A DNA stretch of 64,000 bases. Origin: Octopus vulgaris (taxonomy: Eukaryota). The notes beneath the pieces were generated by a model. The model did not search any database. It was not told the origin of the DNA and worked only from the letters and a program-made list of their open reading frames with translations. Below, one piece after another: positions 14,549-27,944 of this stretch. The position numbers and the translations under genes were made by a program. The first letter of the stretch is position 1, and each line of letters opens with the position of its first letter. The DNA lies in contig OX597819.1 in NCBI GenBank assembly GCA_951406725.2, positions 8,556,001 through 8,620,000 of the forward strand, given 5' to 3'.

Positions 14549-16173
14549 ATATATACATATATACATACATAAATACATACATACATACATACATGCATGC
14601 ATGCATACATACATACATACATACAAGCAAACATACATACATACATACATACCTACATACATACATACCTGCATACATACATACATACATAAATACATAC
14701 ATACATACATACCTACATACATACATAAATACATACATACATACATACATACCTACATACATACATAAATACATACATACATACATACATAAATACATAC
14801 ATACATATATGCGCACATATACAGTACAAAACCACTGTTTTGTTCTCGCTATTGCACGTATTCATGTTATTGTGGAGTAAGGAGTAACCGACTGGGTATT
14901 TTATAGTTATTTCACCACTTTAATACTCAGACAGTAAATCTTGCTGAGCTCAGCTAATCCATATCTTCGTCCCAAATCCAATCGTTTAAATCACCCGATA
15001 TATATGATGCATCAGAGCACATCGATTATACCCGTTATTAATGCATTCTGATATATTTCGGAAATAGTTTTGAAATCTAAGATGTAAATTATAGAAACGG
15101 GTTTTTGAAACTTGCTTATTTTTCCCAGGGATGACAGCAGAATTTGAGACCGGTTTGCGGAATCGGTTTAGCAAGAATTTTTTTTCCTTTTTCATCGCTT
15201 TTTATAAGCCGCATGGTATTAAATATTTATTACATAAACATTATGCCTGATATCTCTCGAGAGTTTATATTGGTATAAGAGAGTCGAAGCTGGATTGAGG
15301 ACTTACCAACGCATTATGACATAAGCCATACACAGCTAATTAATTATTTCTAGGAGTAGATTAGTTGAAACACAAAAAGTTCATGCCAATCTCATGAGTG
15401 TTAGTGGCATAAGTTATCTGAAATAATTCCAGCAGGTGTTATTTCAACATTTTATCACCGACTATACATAGTCAGCGCTATGGTAATATACATTGTCTGT
15501 AAATTCTTGATATTCTTTAACCGCAGGATGAGCAAACCAATGATCAAAGCCTTTCCATCTGTGACCTGCTTCATTGTATCTAAAGTGCGCTTTCTTATTT
15601 TTCAGATGATATGATGTGCGCTGCTAAATTATACGCGACGCATGGCTATACATTTGTCGACATCTGCACATCTACTTTACATATTTCATTGATCCCTGCA
15701 GGAATAGAAGGCAAAGAGGATCTCGTTACGATTTGAACGTATATTAAAACAGATTCATCAAATGCATTTTGTTGCGTATATTGTTTCTACAATCCCATCA
15801 TGAACTACACAACTGATCAACAGGGAAAATGAGCGAAAATATTTCGTGACCGTTAATTAATTACCGCGACATTGTCAAAGACAATTGACATCGTCATCAG
15901 TATTGTTATAATCATGAAATGACCGGAGACCAAGTCAGTTGTGGTCGTAGCTACACGATATGAGGTGAAATTAGTAAACCAGTGATTGAAAGGTTATTAC
16001 ATATTCGAATCGGTGGGAGTAGAGGACCATTGTACGGAACTCGCTTATATATTAATAAAGAGTGTTGTACTAAAGAAAAAAAATCTATACTATATGTAGC
16101 ATATTTCATTCTATATAGTATATATGTGTGTGTTTGTGTACACACACACACACACACACACGCATACACACTG

Positions 16174-16204
<31 letters not shown>

Positions 16205-16205
16205 G

Positions 16206-16244
<39 letters not shown>

Positions 16245-16482
16245 TCGTTGGTCAGATGATGCTGTAACAGTTTTGCTGGTACATAAAATCAATAACAGAA
16301 TAACAATAATATTTGAGTTAGCATTAAGTATTCAGAGCAGTTTTTGTCTGCAGATCCTACCTGGCATGCTTTGATACTATATATATTGTATATTTTATGC
16401 AAAATTACCGACGGACGTATAATGGTTTTTGTCTATTTTGGACACTATTCAAAGTGAAAGAGAATCAGTAGCAAATAAGCAC

Positions 16483-16528
<46 letters not shown>

Positions 16529-16611
16529 ATATGTTTATGTATCCATGTATATATATGTATATATATATACATACATATACATTTATATATAACTACACAC
16601 ACATATACACG

Positions 16612-16645
<34 letters not shown>

Positions 16646-16800
16646 AATACATATATACCTCATGCATTATATATATAATGCATAGATATTCAACATATAT
16701 ATTTACATAAAATATACACGTACACACTGATACATACATACATCATACATACATACATACATAAATAAATACATATATATAGATATATAGATATATATAG

Positions 16801-16861
<61 letters not shown>

Positions 16862-17274
16862 TACATACCTACCTACATACATGTGTGTGTGTGAATATGT
16901 GTGTATGTGTTTGTAAGTATGCATGTATTTATATATTCATATATTTTATTTATATGTATTTTATCCATAAATATAATTATTTCTCAAAATACCTCAGAAA
17001 TGTATAGTCAAGCAAACATTCTACTAGAGTGCACAATAAACATAGTTCAATGCTATATAACTTAATATAATATGTGTACATCAAATTGAATTTTAAAAAA
17101 AATGAAAAATATATTTTATGCCACAAAATTTTAGCTTAATTCAGTTAAGACTACATATTTTATTGGATTTTATAAACATATATAACCACACAATAATACA
17201 CGTATATTCACACCACACACACAAACACATGTATACATATATATACTCATATGTGTTTGTACACATACAGATAC

Positions 17275-17315
<41 letters not shown>

Positions 17316-17326
17316 AACATATATAC

Positions 17327-18409
17327 AGTGTGTGATGGGTAAATTGTTGCTATTTTACATATTTTAAATTTCATGCATGCGCATTGTTTGTTGATTTTGC
17401 TGACTAAGCAGTATAGTGGGGCCAGTTGAGCACCGTCTGATGACGCAATTCCCTCCACCAGAAATTTGGAAACGACATGCTGTACTACTTGGCATTTGCG
17501 CCGGAAGCTCCAATATGAACATTACAGAGGACAGTGCAGAGTGTTCAGAAAGAACTGAATTAGTTTAATGGAGATTACGAAGGTACGGCAGCTCGGAAAA
17601 CTCACTCTGATCGTTCTGATAAGAAAAGAACTCCTGAATTTGTTGGTGTGATCCAGGCCATGATTGACAACGACCCCTCACCCAACTCAATCAGGTCCAT
17701 CGTCAGGGGCATGGGGGAGTGTCTGTGTTTCTTATCAGGCAAGTAATGCATGAAGATTAGGTATTCCTCATACAAGATGTGGAAGAGCCAATTTTTATCC
17801 CAAGCCATCAAAGAAAAGAGAAAAGACCACGCTAGGAAGCTTTTTAACAAACTCAAGCGACCCCTCGAACCGACCGTGATTTGGTTTTTCACTGATGAGA
17901 AAAGTTTCAGCAAGGATCAGATGATAAACACACAGAACAAACGTCCCCAAAATGTGTACTGATAGTGATAAAAATCAAACAAACAATCAACATCATGTTG
18001 TTTGGAGTGATCATTAGTGACGGCGACGTTATGCCTCCATTCATCTTCCCACACACCTCAGACTCAACACGGAGGCCTACATCAAGTGCCTGGAGGAGAT
18101 CGTACTGCCCTAGATCAAGAGAGTAGCTGCTGGAAGATCCTGTGTCTGGCAACAGGACTCTGCACCATACCATACAGGTAGGAGAACCCAGTCATGGCTG
18201 TCAGACAATTTCTGCGATCACATCACCCTTAACATCTGGCCACTTAACTCCCCAGACTGCAACCCTCTTGGTTATTATGTGTGAGCGAGAGACGAACAGA
18301 ACTCCTTGTAACACCAAAGATGAACTGAAGGCAAGGATTATGGCAGCATTCACCAACTTAAACAAGGAGACCCTCCAGAAGAGTTGCAGAAGAGTCCGAA
18401 ATCGTCTGG

Positions 18410-18415
<6 letters not shown>
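17327..18415 (+). mobile_element. Decayed Tc1/mariner-superfamily transposon, DD37D (maT) family, 3'-truncated at (TA)n
   Basis: 5' end TA|CAGTGTGTGATGGG; WFFTDEK; VWQQDSAPYHT...WPLNSPDCNPL(G)Y with exactly 37 residues between the 2nd D and the mutated 3rd D position. Confidence 0.9.
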
Positions 18416-18486
<71 letters not shown>

Positions 18487-18617
18487 AATATAAATATATA
18501 TATATACTGTATATATATATATATTTATATATAATATATATATATATAAATATAAATATAAATATATATATATAAATATAAATATAAATATGTATATATA
18601 TATATATATACATATAT

Positions 18618-18656
<39 letters not shown>

Positions 18657-18706
18657 TATGATATATATATATATATATAATATATATATAAATATAAATA
18701 TAAATA

Positions 18707-18768
<62 letters not shown>

Positions 18769-18915
18769 GGTATGTAGAAAAATACAACATGGACAAGAAC
18801 GTATAACTCTTAGAAGACGACACAATAAACACGGACAGGACATTCGAAACCCTCAGTCTTCAGTCAAGAACCGGATCATCGTAGTAATTTATATATATAT
18901 ATATACAGACATACA

Positions 18916-19280
18916 CAGGCTGCGTAAGGTATTTGAGGACGTACCCTGAGTTTACTCAAGAAATGAAGAGGCCTGCTATTATTGTGGTTATAAAGGCTGA
19001 ACATAGCGAGTTATAACTATTACTAAAAGCCGCCAGATCTTTCCTATACAAAGTTTGTAATAATCTAGAGATCGGAAATGGAAGTGTATCACCAGTATCA
19101 AAGTATGAAAAGCATTCTAACCGCTGTGAAATCATCAAAATACCAGAATTCATCCAGCAAGTTCACCGGACCATTTATTACTATCCCCGAAAGTCCATGA
19201 GGTCAAGTGCAAAAGATCTCCATGTGTCAGAAAGAACAGTCAGAAATGTTGTCCACGAAAACGTCAGATATAAGTCTTAT
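18916..19280 (+). mobile_element. N-terminal fragment of a second maT-like transposase
   Basis: PEFIQQVHRTI...PRKSMRSSAKDLHVSERTVRNVVHENVRYKSY, an HTH region homologous to that of the 17.3-kb element. Confidence 0.7.
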
Positions 19281-19665
19281 ATATCGAACAACAGGGGATG
19301 TTTTTAATCTTACAAGACTGAAATAGTTCAGATTTTCATTTCATCAAAACTTTTTTTTTTTTCGTTTTCTTTCAAAAACACTTTCTTTCTACAAGCGTTC
19401 TTATTTGTTTTAACTTATTACTTTCATTTTGTCAGTTATGCTAGAAAAGAAAAAGGCTCAAATTTTTATTTCTTGAAAACTCTCTTACGGGACTGTCACA
19501 TTGAGTTGACAGTATACGACCACTATATTTTTTCTTTTCATTTTCTTTTAAAAACACTTTCTTGCTATAAACGTTATTCTCTCACTCATATTAATTTCAA
19601 TTCGTCAGTTCAGCTACAAAAAAGGGTTCAGATTTTCTTCTATCTATCTATCTATCTATCTATCT

Positions 19666-20060
19666 TGACTATGATTCTATGAACCGTAAAAATTAATACA
19701 GAGAGTTGCTTATTTGCAAAAAAAAGAAGAAATATAACATGTGACTTCATTGACCGAGGTTACCGTGGTCTTTTCCGTAGGCTTTTCTTTCCACGGGTAA
19801 ACCTCACCTGTCCTCCCCTTTACACTTCATATTGACATTTCTGTGATTACGATCCATATTGATCAACTTTTTTTTTCCTCTCCCCTTTTCTTTTTTTCCT
19901 CTTCCCCCCTTTTTTAAAATCCTCCCCTTTTTTGTCCTCTTTCTTTCCTTTTACGATCCCTTTTGATCGAAAACCAACCCCCTTTTTTTCCCAAAAAGAA
20001 AAGCTCTACCTCGTAATTTGTTCTGTCTGTGTGCAGCCCTGTGTGGCTAATAAAGAAACA

Positions 20061-20061
<1 letters not shown>
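19666..20061 (+). mobile_element. Family C retroposon (non-LTR 3'-UTR-like), inserted in (TATC)n
   Basis: Near-identical to 42095-42496; ends CAGCCCTGTGTGGCTAATAAAGAAACATA; (TATC)n on both sides. Confidence 0.88.
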
Positions 20062-20118
<57 letters not shown>

Positions 20119-20135
20119 GCTAGCTAGCTAGCTAG

Positions 20136-20204
<69 letters not shown>

Positions 20205-20345
20205 CATCTATCTATCTATCTAAGCGTTCTTATTTGTTTGAAGTTATTACCCTTCTATTTCTCTCTGCCAGCAACGACCATTTTCATTCCGTTAGTTAAG
20301 CTGATTTTAAAAAGAATATTTATTTAGGTATCCTATTCTTACATC

Positions 20346-23300
20346 ATGCCACGACGAGGAAGAAGAAAAACATCTGGTTGGTCTATAGATAATGCGAAGA
20401 GAGCACGGCTAAGAAGACGACTTAATCGGACGCGCGGAGAGCTGAGTATCTGGCAGAACAGAGAGAAAGAGACAGAAGCAGGAGAGATCAGGAATCGGAC
20501 GCACGGAGAGCTGAGCGTCTAGCAGAAAAGGGGGAAAGAGAAAGAAGCAGGAGGCAGCATGAATCAGACGCTTGAACAGCTGAACGTCTGGCGAAACAGA
20601 CGGACAGATGCAGAAGCAGGAGATATGATTCGGACATTCAGCGATCTGAACGTCTTTCGCGACAACCCATTACGAATACAGCAAGGACAGTTCAACGACG
20701 CGACCTATCTGCTGATGTTGGACAAATGAACAAGATCTGTGTCTATTGCCATGCAATGTTTTTTCATGCTAAATGTTTTTGCGCCGGAAGCTCCAATATG
20801 ATCATTACAGAGGACAGTGCAGAGTGTTCAGAAAGAACTGAATTAGTTTAATGGTGATTACGAAGGTACGGCAGCTCGGAAAACTCACTCTGATCGTTCT
20901 GATAAGAAAAGAACTCCTGAATTTGTTGGTGAGATCCAGGCTATGATTCGCAACGATGCCTCCAAGTCAATGAGGTCCATCGCCAGAGGCATGGGGGAGT
21001 GTCTGTGTTTCTTATCAAGCAGGTAGTTCATGAAGACATTAGGTATTCCTCATACAAGATGAGGAAGAGCCAATTTTTATCCCAAGCCATCAAAGAAAAG
21101 AGAAAAGACTTTTGCTGTACGAATGGAAAAGTCAGGCTGGGGAATCCGCAGCCTTTACCCCAGAAACGTTACAATCTATTTAGTACTGATCAACCTACTG
21201 CAAATGAGTTCAGGAAGACCCTCGCTTGTTCTAAATGACATCTTTTGGGGGCCCAAAATGTTCCTCCCTCAAGGAGTGGATGGAATTCTTCCATCGTTAT
21301 TCAGGGCCATATTCATCATTGCATCGGTTCCTTAACTCCTAATCACAATGAACAACCCCAATTTCTTCAAATTTACATCTTAGATCCTCAGGATAATGTC
21401 GATTTAAGGATGAGGATATTCCATAACGATAACATTCAGCGTGACATAATTGAATGATTGGAAATTATACTCAGACAATATAACTAAAGGTATATTTTTG
21501 CCAATGTTTACAACGATAAACGCGTTCTATAAACGTGTTTACAGGAGGATTCTCTGAGAACAGGATGAAATACATTTCATTGTTACAAAGTGGACAAAAA
21601 GATTTACCTTTATCATACTGAAAAGATATAGATAGAATATTCCATTCAAAATCAAATTGTTTATTATGATCTTTTAGATACCAAATCAATTGCATCATGT
21701 AGAATGGCAAAAGAACAAATTACAAATATTCCCGGAGCTACGATTATTATTGATCCCGGTCCGAGACCAGCAATAGAACACGAGAGAAGATTCAATGCAC
21801 AAATGCAAACGAAGTTGCCATCATTATACAAAACAGCACCGAAAATCCAAACAACAGCATGGCACATTGTGTGGAAAGAAAAAAGCGGACAACTGCAAAT
21901 ATATGTTGGAGCGATGCCAGGATGCCATGACTTATATACGGAAATACGGCAATGCTTCGGTCTTCATCACAATGACATGCAATCCAAACTAGCCTGAAAC
22001 CCGGCAGAACCTATTCCTGAATCAGAAGTTGCATGGCAGGCCAGATCTAATTGCCAGAGTATTTGATCTGAAGCGGATTCTGTTCATAAATTATTTTACT
22101 GGAGTAGATGGTTTATTTGGCAAATGCATCACTTACGTGATCACCGTCGAATATCAAAAGCGAGGTCTTCCCCATGTACATTGTTTGCTATGGCTCAATG
22201 AAGGAAGACACATTGGTGCTTCAGAAGCTTTTGCCTCAGTCCTCGGATTTCAAATTCATGAGAGGGAACCAGCTGTAGTTCGCCTTCAAGTTCATCTACC
22301 TGAGGAAAATCAAATCTTCTTTCAGGACAATGCTGCTGTTACAGTAAACAATAACAGGCATAGGACAACTCTCATTGAGTTCATGGATCTTTGTGCTTGC
22401 AATCCATTAAAAAAAACTTTGTGTTATGCCGATGTGCCAAGGTTTTACACTTGGAGTAACAAGACATGGGAAAAGAGGAAGGTGGGGAAGAGAGTTGACC
22501 AGTATCCAGGGATTTTTGAGGCGAACGTTTTTGGACGAGTAAATACTGTTTCTCCACGAAGTGGCGAACTATATTACTTAAGAATCCTTCTGCATCAGAT
22601 CGAAGGGACAGTATCGTTCAACTCTTTGAAAATGTGTGATGGAGAACTTTTGCCATTATTCAAAGACGTCTGCAGAGAGAAAGGTTTGCTTCAATCGGAT
22701 GGTCATTGGCAGCAGACTCTGGAGGATGCTGAGCGAACATGGCTTCTCAAAGCCATGTGAGATCTATTCATTGTGCTCCTCACAAATACGGAAATTAACA
22801 ATTCCAGTGCTCTATTGACTTGATTTAGGAATTCGCTGTCTAAGGATTACCTTCAAATAGAAAAAAAGGGTTACCAGAAACATTAACCTTTTGATTAGCA
22901 AGAGACATTATGATCAATGTTTTCTGTATTTCCAAGACAAACTTAATGACCTGGGCAAAAGTCATACTGACTTTAACCTGCCAATGCCAAATGTCGCTAA
23001 TCAGGATATTGGCAATTTGGAATTATTGCATGAGATGCAATACAGCAGAGAAGAGCAGCAACGATGTGTAGAAGAGAGAGAGAGAGAGCCTTTATCGAAT
23101 AGGGAGCAAGAAGATGTGTACATATTTGTTTGTAACAGTTTGCAGAGGAACACATCTGCATTGATTTTCATTGACGCTCCAGGTGTAACAGGAAAGACAT
23201 TCCTGATTAACTTTAATCCTTTCAAAAGTGAGGGGAAACAGCGACGTAGCTATTGCGGCGGTGTCATCTGGTATTGCTGTAACATTGATGCCTAGTGGAA

Positions 23301-23475
23301 GAACGCCGCATTCTAGGTTCAAAATACCGATAGTACTCTACATGACAAATGCGACAGCAATGAGCCATTCGGTGAAATTTTGACAATCTGCTGTGGACAT
23401 TTCCGTCAGCTTCTATCAGAAGTGAAAAGAGGAAATGATGGGGACATGGAAAACGCCTGCATTACAAAATCATAG
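20346..23475 (+). mobile_element. Decayed autonomous Helitron RepHel coding region
   Basis: Arg/Glu-rich N-terminal repeats; Zn finger CVYCHAMFF...CCTNGKV; Rep motifs FITMTCNP and VEYQKRGLPHVHCLLW; linker ELYYLRILL; Pif1 motifs FIDAPGVTGKTFL, SGIA..L..GRTPHSRFKIP and GHFRQ. Stops, frameshifts and internal deletions are present. Confidence 0.95.
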
Positions 23476-23477
23476 CA

Positions 23478-24362
23478 TTACAAAATGACAGCTCGCGTGA
23501 CTATTGGCACTGAACAGCGACCCATCAGCGACGACACGGTACGACGTCAACAAACTGTGTTGCTGTCGTCTTGCTCAGGGGTCTGCCCTCACCGACCGTC
23601 ACCAGCTACAGTGGGCAACACAGCACCAACATAGTTTTTTTCTGATGAGAGCCGGTACTGCGTTTACAGCTCGGATGGCAGAGTGAGAGTGTGTCGTAGA
23701 AGGGGTGAACACTTCAGAGACGCATGTCATGGAGAGAGACACGTGGAGTGGTCAAAGCATCATGGTTTCGAGTGCTATAGGCCTGAATCAGAGAATTGGG
23801 GCCCATGTGTTCTAAAATGTTGGTGTAGGCAGAGGGAATGACATCACAGCGCACCGCTACGTTGACCAGATCCAAAGCCACGTGTTCCAGCAGGGTAATG
23901 CTTCTTCTCACACGACCAGGGTCACTGTCGACTTCCTGCGTTAGCGCAGCATCAGAACCATGCTGTAGCCCTCTCTCAGTCCGGATTTGAATAAAATCCA
24001 GAGACGGCTGAATCAGGTTGTCCAAGGCCACAACTCGTGTGGAAGTGGAGGTAGCTTTCCTCATGGTGTGTGCACAGGTGCCAATAGCTTTTGTGAACAG
24101 CTTCATGCTCTCCATGTACCGACGGTGTATGGTCGTTTTGAACACCCAGGAAGGGTATACACGGTGTTGAACATGTCACACCCTACAATCTCGATGTCTG
24201 GATCCGCCACTACCAGAACACATGACAACAACCTATAGTCTGTGGTCAAAGTGCAGCCAAGAAATTGACTTTATATGATTTATCAAAATTCATCTCTGAC
24301 ATAATGAAATTAAAAGATATTTCACAGTCACACATGTCTCGCGTTTCTTTTGCGGTTCAGTG
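23478..24362 (+). mobile_element. Decayed Tc1-like transposon, 5'-truncated
   Basis: FFSDESRYC..SSDGRVRVCRRRGE, SIMV..AIG, SPDLN; right TIR end TTTTGCGGTTCAGTG|TA. Confidence 0.85.
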
Positions 24363-24379
24363 TATGTGTGTGTGTGTGT

Positions 24380-26810
24380 GTGTATTTCCAATGCTTAAAA
24401 TAACACTGAAAAAATAAATAAATAGTTACCAGAGTAACAAAAAAATTCACACAAGTATCAAGGATGTAACAGCCTATTTATAAAAGTAGAAACTCCATGT
24501 TTAGGTGAAATGTTTTTGTATAATATAGATAAATAAATATATGGTGTTAAAAGCAGGTGTTGTTCAAATCATTTTACTTCTAACATATGTTTCGAAGAAA
24601 ACATTGGTATTATTCCAGAAGTAATAAAATGGTGTAAAACAATTCAATCTTCTCATCAGGAAAAGAAAGAAACCAAGCACATCAATAAGACATTTTAACA
24701 GAATGTGATGACAGCGTATATGATGAAGGAAACGCTAGCAAGTTTTTGTTTTAAACCTGTTAGTAGGTATAACGTCAAAGGTCGTTTATAGAAAGAGAAG
24801 GGGGAGAAAGATAGAAATTAGCATAGTGGAGAGATATAGAGCGATAGTTGAGTATGAATAAAGCTTAAAGGCATGGAAGTAGATATGTTTTATGGAAGGG
24901 AAATGTAAGAAGACAGTGAAGGGTCGAATTTTATAGAATGGTAGAAATCCCTTATGGGAACTAAAGGTATGTTTTTGCCAATGTTTACAACGATAAACGC
25001 GTTCTATAAACGTGTTTACACAAGGATTCTCTGAGAACAGGATGAAATACATTTCACTGTTACAAAGTGGACAAAAAGATTTACCTTTATCATACTGAAA
25101 AGATATAGATAGAATATTCCATTCCAAATCAAATTGTTTATTATGATCTTTTAGATACCAAATCAATTTACTAAGCCCAGTATTGTTATGTTTATTGATA
25201 TGTGTAAATGTAGAGTAATGATTAGATATTCTTTTGGACAACTGAGATGAAGAACTACCTGTATGAAAAAAGACGTCAGAACCGGAAGTAATTTTACATC
25301 GATAAATAGAGTTTCTAGTCTTAGAATTACTGCTAAGGCGACGAATACGATTGGAATCAGCATCAGAAGCATTAATACCGCTGCTATTACTATTTAAAGA
25401 ATGGTTAGTGTTAACAAAATCAATGTTACTATTTTCATTAAGTGGATGTGTATTTAACAACGTATTATTATGCGAAGATGTGGTTTGTGAAAAAAATTTT
25501 TTTAGAAAACCCTATCGTGATTCGGTGTGAATTAATAATCGAATAGTATCTTGAATTTCTTGGGAAATTATTTTCTATAGCTTCACGAAACTGGTAAGGG
25601 AAGTTGGATTTGATCTGCTTACCATATGGAATTATTAACCGAACAGTTTTGCTTGGACATACCTTGTTATTAGGGTAATTATCTTTAAAAGTTCTCAACG
25701 TACCTTTATAACGAAGAAGGGTCTTAAATAACGGTTATCTCCCTTACATTATTCCATTACATTACTCGATTTGGTGTTGTTATTCGAAATAAAATTAATG
25801 TTGTTAATATCGTCATGACTTGATTTCATATCCTGATTAATAGAGGTAGAATTAATGTCAATAGGGTTAATATAGGCATTTTTTCTTTATAGCCTGCTTT
25901 AAGTGAGGCAGAGTTATAAAACTCGGCTTTATCGTTGAAGATATCAACATTAGCAGATAATCTAGAAAGTCTAAGTGAAATATTCCTGACTAAATTCCTT
26001 GTTATAGCCTTTGAGTGTTTACTGAAAGAGTTAACATATTTTAAATCAGTTGAGGGTTTATGGTATGAGAAATATGAATCATTGTGCAAGTTAAGGATAA
26101 TATCCAAAAAGTTGGCTTTAGTTATATCATCGTCAAAAATCATGCTTAAACCCATGTTTCAGAAAAAATTAACTAAGCTATTCTTAACCCTTTATAATTT
26201 TTGGTTAGAGGCATTTTGAAGGTAGAGTAGACAATCATCACGATATAAACCTCTATTGAGAGGTTTATATCGTGATGATTGTCTACTCTACCTTCATATC
26301 GTGATGTCTACTCTACCTTCATATCGTGATGTCTACTCTACCTTTATATCGTGATGATTGTCTACTCTACCTTCAAAATGTTAGGGAATTGGTCAGCCAT
26401 CTCATAAACCGACCAAATCAGCGATTTGTGCTGAATCAGAACTTCGTGACATCAAAACTGTCGGACGTATCTTTCCGGACCCAGAGCTTGTTATCGAATT
26501 TGATAATGGATTTTCTGGCGGCTAACACGACATTAATTTCGTCCCTGGTGAGACCTGCTTTCTATTGAGCGAGCCAGAGTGCCTTGTTGAGTACGATTGG
26601 GCTGATGGAGGGATAGAAACTAGAAATGTCAAACTGGATAAACTTAGTGCACTTCTTGTTATTAATAGAATTAAACCAGTCGATCACTTGAAACGAATTA
26701 GACCATAAATTAAGCTTTAATTTTTTTAACTAAAGTAGGAATATATTCATCTAAAATATTTTTTCTAAGTACACCGATGTTAGTGCTAGAAGGACAAATA
26801 AGTCCATTTA
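24380..26810 (-). mobile_element. Penelope-like retroelement (RT + GIY-YIG endonuclease), decayed, 5'-truncated
   Basis: RT motifs FIQFDISSFYPSI, DSAQIADLVG, GLYRDD, FLDIILNL and YHKP; C-terminal SIYRCK...FFHTG...KRISNH and CPLC..E; hammerhead-like motif in the 3' region. Confidence 0.92.
24577..24665 (-). ncRNA. Hammerhead ribozyme-like motif in the Penelope 3' repeat (possibly degenerate)
   Basis: TTTC-CTGATGA-GAAGA...TCTTC-GAAA-CATATG-TT(A)-GAAG; palindromic stem III as in minimal PLE hammerheads; the cleavage-site register is off by one base. Confidence 0.55.
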
Positions 26811-27044
26811 TTTATTTATCTATCTATCTATATATATATCTATATCTATATATAGAAAATAATAAAAAGTGAAAAAACTACAGAAGGCTTGTTTTAAAAG
26901 GTTAAAAAATATATTTGAGTCATTATGCCAGAAGAATGTTATAAAATTTTTCCATACAGTGACATAGTTTTTGAAGAAATTACCGGTTTCGTGTTAACTT
27001 TTCAAATTTCTCTAAACATCGTGTTATGTCTTCGTTATGAAGTG

Positions 27045-27099
<55 letters not shown>

Positions 27100-27944
27100 T
27101 TTTTATACAACTGTATACAGTATGTATATGTATATGAATGTATAAAATGATGTTCAATGAATAAATGCTGCACTCGCTCAGGAGCAGCAACATATTGGTT
27201 CTCTGCTTCACTAATTGCATAGAATTCACCCACAAGCCAAGTTGATGTTAACGATTTTCTAATCCGTTAATATAGGAGAACTGACAGTATATTGTCCAAA
27301 GTAAATCGAAGGTGTATATGAGACAACTAGTAGCCAAACCTCATCTCGGTTGAACTTCTACAAAGCAGACTGGAAATAGGTTCAACAAGATTTTAAACAA
27401 AATTGGTTCGAAAGTCTCTCTTTACATGACAATAACATGAAACGTGAAGAATTAACCTCAGCTCGCCATAGGGATGCGAGCTGACCCACTCGTTAGCACG
27501 ACGAGCAAAATGTTTAGAGCCGTTTTACCGTTATTACGTTCTGAGTTCAAATTCCACCGAGGTTGACCTTGCCTTTTATCGTTCGCGGTCTAAAAAAAAT
27601 AAGTACCAGTTGAGCACTGGAGTCAATGTAATCGACTCAGCCACTCATTCGAAATTGCTGGCCTTCTGCCAAAATTTGAAACCAATAATACAAGCCATAT
27701 GCATTGAATTTGTTCCAGAGAGAAGATCCAGTACACGCATGAGCATTATTCCTACAGGTAGGAGAGCCGTTATGAGATCTCAAATTGCTCAAATAAACAA
27801 CTTTGAGTCAGTGAAGAGTTCCACTAAAATAAGGCACTTTTGGAGATCGGAAATAAATTCAAACACTCTCGTGAGAAAAATGGTAGAGAAAACTGCACAG
27901 TTGAAAATATAGCAAAATTTACCCTAAGGTCTTCAACAAATTCT

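Noticed and set aside
19685-19720. U6-like ATACAGAGA box in the family C leader
   Set aside because: Only ~9 nt match, and no other U6 elements are recognisable.
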